From: the human T2T-CHM13v2.0 reference genome, Homo sapiens
Strand: one strand, 5' to 3'
Assembly (NCBI RefSeq): GCF_009914755.1
Contig: NC_060940.1
DNA length: 64,000 bases
Shown: positions 58,055 to 64,000 of the stretch, piece after piece
How the letters are laid out: each line of letters begins with the position of its first letter
How positions within the stretch are numbered: position 1 is the stretch's first letter
Notes under the pieces: generated by a model
Databases searched by the model: none
Told to the model about the DNA's origin: nothing
Seen by the model: only the letters and a program-made list of their open reading frames with translations
Made by a program: the position numbers and the translations under genes

Positions 58055-59172
58055 CTTTTTTTTAATTGCTACATAATATACATATTTATGGGGTATAGTG
58101 TGATGTTTCAGTACATGTATACATTGTGTAAAAATCAAATCAGGCTGTTTAGCATATCTGTCACCTCATATATTTATCATTTCTTTGTGGTAAGTATATT
58201 TAAAATTCTCTATTCTAGCTATTTTGAAATATACAATACTGTTAACCATAGTCACTGTGCAATAGAACAGTGGTCCCCAACCTTTTTGGCACCAGGGACC
58301 AATTTCATGGGAGACAGTTTTTCCACGGACCTGTGGGGTGGTGGTTTCAGGATAAAACTCTTCCACCTCGGATCATCAGCATTAGATTCTCATAAGGAGC
58401 ACCCACCCTACATCCCTCACATGCACAGTTCATAATTCACAATAGAGTTTGAGCTCCTATGAGAATCTAATGCCGCTGCTGATCTGACCGGAGGCGGTGC
58501 TCAGGCCGTAATGCTTGCCCACCCGCTGCTCACCTCCTCCTGACAGGCCATGGACTGGTACTGACCAGTCCACAGCCTAGGGTTTGGGGACCCCTGCAGT
58601 AGAACACCAGAACTTATTCCTCCTATTTATCTGCAATTTTGTACCCATTGACCAATCTCTCCCCATCCCCACTATCTCTCCCCTTGCCAGTCTCTTGTAA
58701 CCACTGTTCTACTCTCTGTTTCTGTAAGATCAACTTCTTTAGATTCCACATATAAGTGAGATCATGCAGTATTTGTCTTTTGGTGCCTGGCTAATTTCAC
58801 TTAATATAATGTCCTCCAGGTTCAACCATGTTGCCACATGTGACAGGATTTTATTCTTTTTGTGGCTGAATAATATTCCATTGTTTATATATGTCACATT
58901 TTCTTTATCCATTCATCCGTTGATGGATGCTTACGTTGATTCCATATATTAGCTATTGTGAATAGTGCTGCAACAAACATGGAAGTGCAGATACCCCTTT
59001 GACATATTCATTTCCTTTGGATAAATGCCCATTTGTGGGATTGCTGGATCATATGATAGTTCAACTTTTAGATTTTGAGAAACCTCCATACTGTTTTCCA
59101 TAATGGCTGTACTAATTTACATTCCAGCCACCAGTGTGTAAGAGTTCTCCTTTCTCCACATCCACACCAACT
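58055..59172 (-). mobile_element. L1MA 3' end, antisense, interrupted by MER1B
   Basis: catatttatggggtatagtgtgatgtttcagtacatg ... gattccacatataagtgagatcatgcagtatttgtc ... aacctccatactgttttccataatggctgtac. Confidence 0.88.
58268..58596. mobile_element. MER1B (hAT-Charlie MITE)
   Basis: TIRs cagtggtccccaacc / ggtttggggacccctg; 8-bp TSD caatagaa/cagtagaa. Confidence 0.9.
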
Positions 59173-60642
59173 ACAGGTGGCTTTTCTAGACTGGACTTTA
59201 GGTTGGGACAAAAAGTGTCTTTGAGAGTCAGTAGTCCTAATACTGTCTGTGAATGCTGTGGACTTAGGCAGTTTGTTTAAGCTTGTTTAAACTGGGTCTC
59301 TCTTTCCTTAGATATAAATGGAGGGTTAGACTGGATCTTTAAGCTTCTGCCCAGCATTTAATGTTCTGTTTATTGTGGTTCTAGCCTGTGCTTCTTGAAT
59401 TCCTGATTCTTCCTGAATTCTGCTAAGCATCAGAATGCAGTCTATACATTCTCAACAGCTTCCCAAAGACATGATATTAGTATAACAGAAACAGTAGTAG
59501 TCCTTTCTTGGAAAATTATCCCCATTTCTGGACCCTATTTTATTGCTGGCTGCAATTAACAGGTTCTTGTATGTCCCATCCTTCCCTCCTCCATCCCTAA
59601 CCCACAGGCATTAAAAACCTGCTGTTTGTGAAAATGAACACTTCTTTGATAATCTGGAAGAAGGGGTTCCTGTTACCAGAAAATTTAGCTCTTGAACTCC
59701 TGGGACTGGGCTTGAAAGCATAGTACTATTATGCTTCAGATTAAGCAGGGTATAGAGAATAAGGAGTGATCACAAAAATTCTGTCTTGAATAAAGATGAT
59801 GATAGATATCCCAGGGCCCTCTGTGGTTAGATAGTCTCCATTTCTACCACATTCTGAGGAATTGTGGGTGTTGCGCTTTTTATGTTTCTGGCCTCCCTGC
59901 TACTTGCCATTGGTTGGATCACTGGCCAAGAGCTACCGAGAACTACCATTTTGCTTCAAGATTTTTTCAAACAGCAAGGAACTTTTTTATTTTTTAACAG
60001 AGAGCTACTGAAGTTTCCTGAGTTATTACAACCCCCTTATCCTTCCTCCTTACTTCCCCTTTCAATAATTCCCTTTCCTCCCTCTTCCCACAGCAGTTCT
60101 TTGGCTATTGGGCCTGTTTTCATTGAAATCATCTTCCTGTGGCAGAGGGAAAATGAATAGAGAAGAACAGTTGACTGTGTCCAAGTGATAGCTGCTTGCT
60201 TAGGAAAAGCCTGGTCCTTCCCCAGAGGAGTCTGTCCCTATAGGACTTCCCTCCATAATAGCTGTGCTTCCATCAGCTCTAGAGGATGGCTTAGCCCCCT
60301 TCGGGGGTACACCGCATTTCACTCTCACTTGGCTCACAGCCATCACCACAGTCCATGCTGTGAGTGCATTGCTGGTTCTGCCCCCGTGCTGTGTGCATCT
60401 CTGCTGCTTTAATGCTGGGAAACTCCGTGGTTATGCCCCAACTATCTTGGCAATGTTCTGAATCAGACATAGATAATACCTATTAAAGGTATTAATAGGC
60501 CAATAATACCTAGTAAAGAAGAGCTGGGATATACCTCTGCATAGATTAAATCAACTAGAAAACACTAGCCCCCTCCCATTTTCAGACCGATTTTATTTCT
60601 TTTAAGTGGGAAAATAGTCGAAGTGGGATGAAGCAGAGCTAG

Positions 60643-61056
<414 letters not shown>

Positions 61057-61389
61057 TAAAGAAGATTTTAATAGGGAGCACTTATATGAAATATAATAGT
61101 GATATATAGTATAGCATAGAGCAGAGTCTTCAGTCTTTGTATCTTTTTCTTTTTTTCTTATGCATATTTAATGTATGTGATTCCCAACCGTTGTGTGATT
61201 GTGGTCAGAGCCCTGTCTGTGGGATGCTGGGTAGAATGAGATTGTAGAGAGCACTTTGTTTTCTTGTAATTGAAGGGTTTGGGGTGAGAATATGTGAGTC
61301 ATAGAAATCTGTATAGTAAATATTACTCTAAAAAGGGAGCCATCAGGATCTGGGAGAATTTGCTAAAGGAAAACTAAGAATGAAAAAAA

Positions 61390-62095
61390 GGCCAGGTACA
61401 GTGGCTCACTCCTGTAATCCCAACACTTTGAGAGGCCAAGGCAGGAGGACCTGAGGCCAGGAGTTCAAGACCAACCTGGCCAACATAGTGAAACCCCGTC
61501 TCTACTAAAAATACAAAAATTGGGCCGGGCGCGGTGGTTCACACCTGTAATCCCAGCACTTTGAGAGGCTGTGGCGGGTGAATCACGATATCAGGAGTTC
61601 GAGACTAGCCTGACCAACATGGTGAAACCCCGTCTCTACTAAAAATACAAAAATTGGGCCGGGCGCAGTGGCTCACACCTGTAATCCCAGCACTTTGAGA
61701 GGCCGTGGCGGGTGGATCACGATATCAGGAGTTCGAGACTAGCCTGACCAACATGGTGAAACCCCGTCTCTACTAAAAATACAAAAATTAGCCAGGCATG
61801 GTGACGTGTGCCTGTAATCTCAGCTTCTCAGGAGGCTGAGGCAGGAGAATCACTTGAACCCAGGAGGTGGAAGTTGCAGTGAGCCGAGATCACACCATTG
61901 CCCTCTAGCCTGGGTGACACGGGGACTCCGTCTCAAAAAAAAAAAAAAAAAAAATTGGCCAGGTGTGGTGGTACACACCTGTAATCCCAGCTACTTGGGA
62001 GGCTGAGGCATGAGAATCGCATGAACACAGACGGCAGAGGTTGCAGTGAGCTGAGATCACACCACTACGCTCCAGCCTCTGTCTCAAAAAAAAAA
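61390..62095 (+). mobile_element. Nested Alu cluster: three left arms and two right arms
   Basis: Outer left arm 61390-61522, duplicated inner left arm 61523-61790, inner right arm to ~61953, outer right arm ~61957-62095. Confidence 0.92.
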
Positions 62096-62409
62096 GGGGG
62101 GGAGGGGCGGTGGGGGGAGCGGGAGCCAGTATATAATTCAGTATCTCTCATCTATACATATTAAGGCTTTTGACCATTACCAAATTCTCCCAGCAGCTCT
62201 CTGAGAGTACTGTAATTCTGGTTTTGCTGATTAGAAAACCAGATACAAAGAGGTAAAGTCACCTTGTTCTAGGCCACTAGGTGGTAATCTGAGTCAGGAC
62301 TGGAGACAATGATTTATTTTTAATATCTCATGTAATGTTAATCTCATAACTCAGGGCATAACTCTTTTACCATTTTGGACTATATCATTTCATTCATATG
62401 ATAAAGACA

Positions 62410-62946
62410 CTGTAGCTTCCCCCTCACCTGCAGCTTCACTTTCTGCAGTTTTAGTTACCTGTGGTCAACCATCGTCCAAAAATATTAACTGGAAAATTCT
62501 AGAAATAATCCACTCGTAAGTTTTAAATTGTGCACTATTCTGGGCAGTGTGATGAAATGTCGAGCCATCCTGCTCTGTGTGACCCTGGACAGGAAGCCTC
62601 TCTTTGTCCAGCATATCCATGCTGTATGACTCCCGCCCCTTTAGCCACTCAGCAGCCATCTCACTTACCAGATCAACTGTCTTGGTTTCAGGGTGTTTGT
62701 GTTCAAGTAACCCTTCCTTTACTTAATAATGGACCCAAAGCCAAGAGCAGTGATGCTGGCATTCTGGGTTTATTTTATTAGTATTGTTGTAAATCTCTTA
62801 CTTTGCTTAATTTATAAATTAAACATGATCATAAGTACATATCTATAGGGAAAAAATGGTATATATAGGGTTCTGAACCATCCTGCATTTCAGGTATCCA
62901 CCGTGGGTCTGGAAATGTATCGCCTGTGGAGAAGGGGTGACTACTG
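62410..62946. mobile_element. MER44-type (Tigger7-derived) DNA transposon
   Basis: TIRs ctgtagcttccccctcacctgcag / ctgtggagaaggggtgactactg; internal ccaaaaatattaactggaaaattctagaaataa. Confidence 0.8.
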
Positions 62947-63039
62947 TGTATGTAAAAATCACCCTGTGTGAAATGTTATATCCTCCCCTTTCCTCAGTTT
63001 AACGTTGTTTTGAAAGAATTTTCTCACATTACTTGAAAA

Positions 63040-63500
63040 CACTTAGGAAACCATTTTTAGTGACTGTAGTATTTTACCAGTTAGATATGCCATGGTTTAC
63101 TTAACCATGTTCCTAATGTTGGGTACTTATATTGGATCTAAGTTTTGCTGTTATTTGTAGTGCTGCGATGGGTGACTGTGCACAAACCCTTGCCTGTACT
63201 TTTGTGTATTTCCCTAAGGATAGATTGCTGCAAAAAAGAACCACTGAGTGTGAGACTGTAAATATTTGGAAGGCTTTCAGTCTATTTCCATATTGCTTTC
63301 CTGAAAGATTGAACCAGTTTATACTTCTGTAAGCAACAGTGTTTGAGAAGATCTCTTTACTTTTTTTAACATTGACCTTTGTCATTTCTTAAACTTTACT
63401 AGTTATTTTGGTAACCGGCTTGTTTTTATAATTTGAATTTCTTTGCTTCTCAGTGAAATAATAGTTTCTTTTATAGGAGTATTAACCATTTGTTAAGAAC
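63040..63500 (-). mobile_element. Old L1ME-like fragment
   Basis: gatatgccatggtttacttaaccat ... ccatattgctttcctgaaagattgaaccagtttatac. Confidence 0.55.
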
Positions 63501-64000
63501 CACTATTTTAGTCCAAAAGAAAGGTATATAAGAAGAAAACTGCACAATTCCAGTGGGAAGGACTTGGGGTCAGGGTCCCTGATATGTTGGAAGGTTGAAC
63601 TTTTTGTTGTTGGTTTTTCCCCTTGCCTTAAAAAGTCCATATTGCTTGAATGTTGCAATCTTGGGCAAGGCCAGCAATTAATCCAAGGGATGATGCCACT
63701 GTCTTCTCCTGGTGCTGGTCCTTTCTGACAGAGAACATGGTACTAGGGCTGAGTGCTTGAATGCTTGCACATAGGACCCAGAAGGTGCACATATAACCGG
63801 GGGTTCGTTCCTTGAGTGATATCTTTGTGAGATGACATTTTGCTTGTTGGTTGTTTGTTTTATAATGAGGAATCAAAGTGGGTATTCTAGGAAGATCCAG
63901 TGTTTCCCTACTCACACTTTGCATTACACACAGTCCAGGGGGTGACTCAGAATCCAGTGCTGTCCTGCCTCTCCCAGTTGGCTGACACCATTTTCTTGAC

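Noticed and set aside
63730-63950. AGAACA steroid-receptor half-site and AP-1 TGACTCA in unique sequence
   Set aside because: No correctly spaced second half-site; single motifs are not enough evidence for an enhancer

Overview
Primate (human or close great-ape) genomic DNA lying entirely inside the + strand gene for peroxisomal Lon protease LONP2. Five coding exons (3281-3539, 10603-10744, 29280-29430, 32931-33057, 36441-36574; 813 nt, canonical AG/GT borders, phases consistent) splice into the AAA+ ATPase module: Walker [10 protein letters not shown], Walker [10 protein letters not shown], sensor-1 FIATAN, Arg finger LLDRME, sensor-2 GVRSL. From memory these are probably exons 7-11; I use those numbers as working labels. 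The rest is intron: about 40 Alus, old L1s, a near full-length Tigger1, Tigger3-, MER44- and MER1-type DNA transposons, solo LTRs (MER4, MER21, MER57, MER31, MLT1, MST, MLT2A), L3/CR1 and MIR. Repeat family names come from recognising consensus sequences by eye and boundaries are approximate unless a TSD is quoted. I see no new multi-gene system. The most interesting unexplained structures are: (i) a 145-bp, ~95% identical non-Alu inverted duplication in the last intron, with a templated junction and a consensus p53 site in one copy; (ii) a candidate TDP-43-repressed poison exon whose donor runs straight into (GT)24; (iii) a phase-symmetric exon block that, if back-spliced, gives a stop-free circular ORF of the AAA+ module; (iv) several other local non-TE duplications and unusual Alu architectures.
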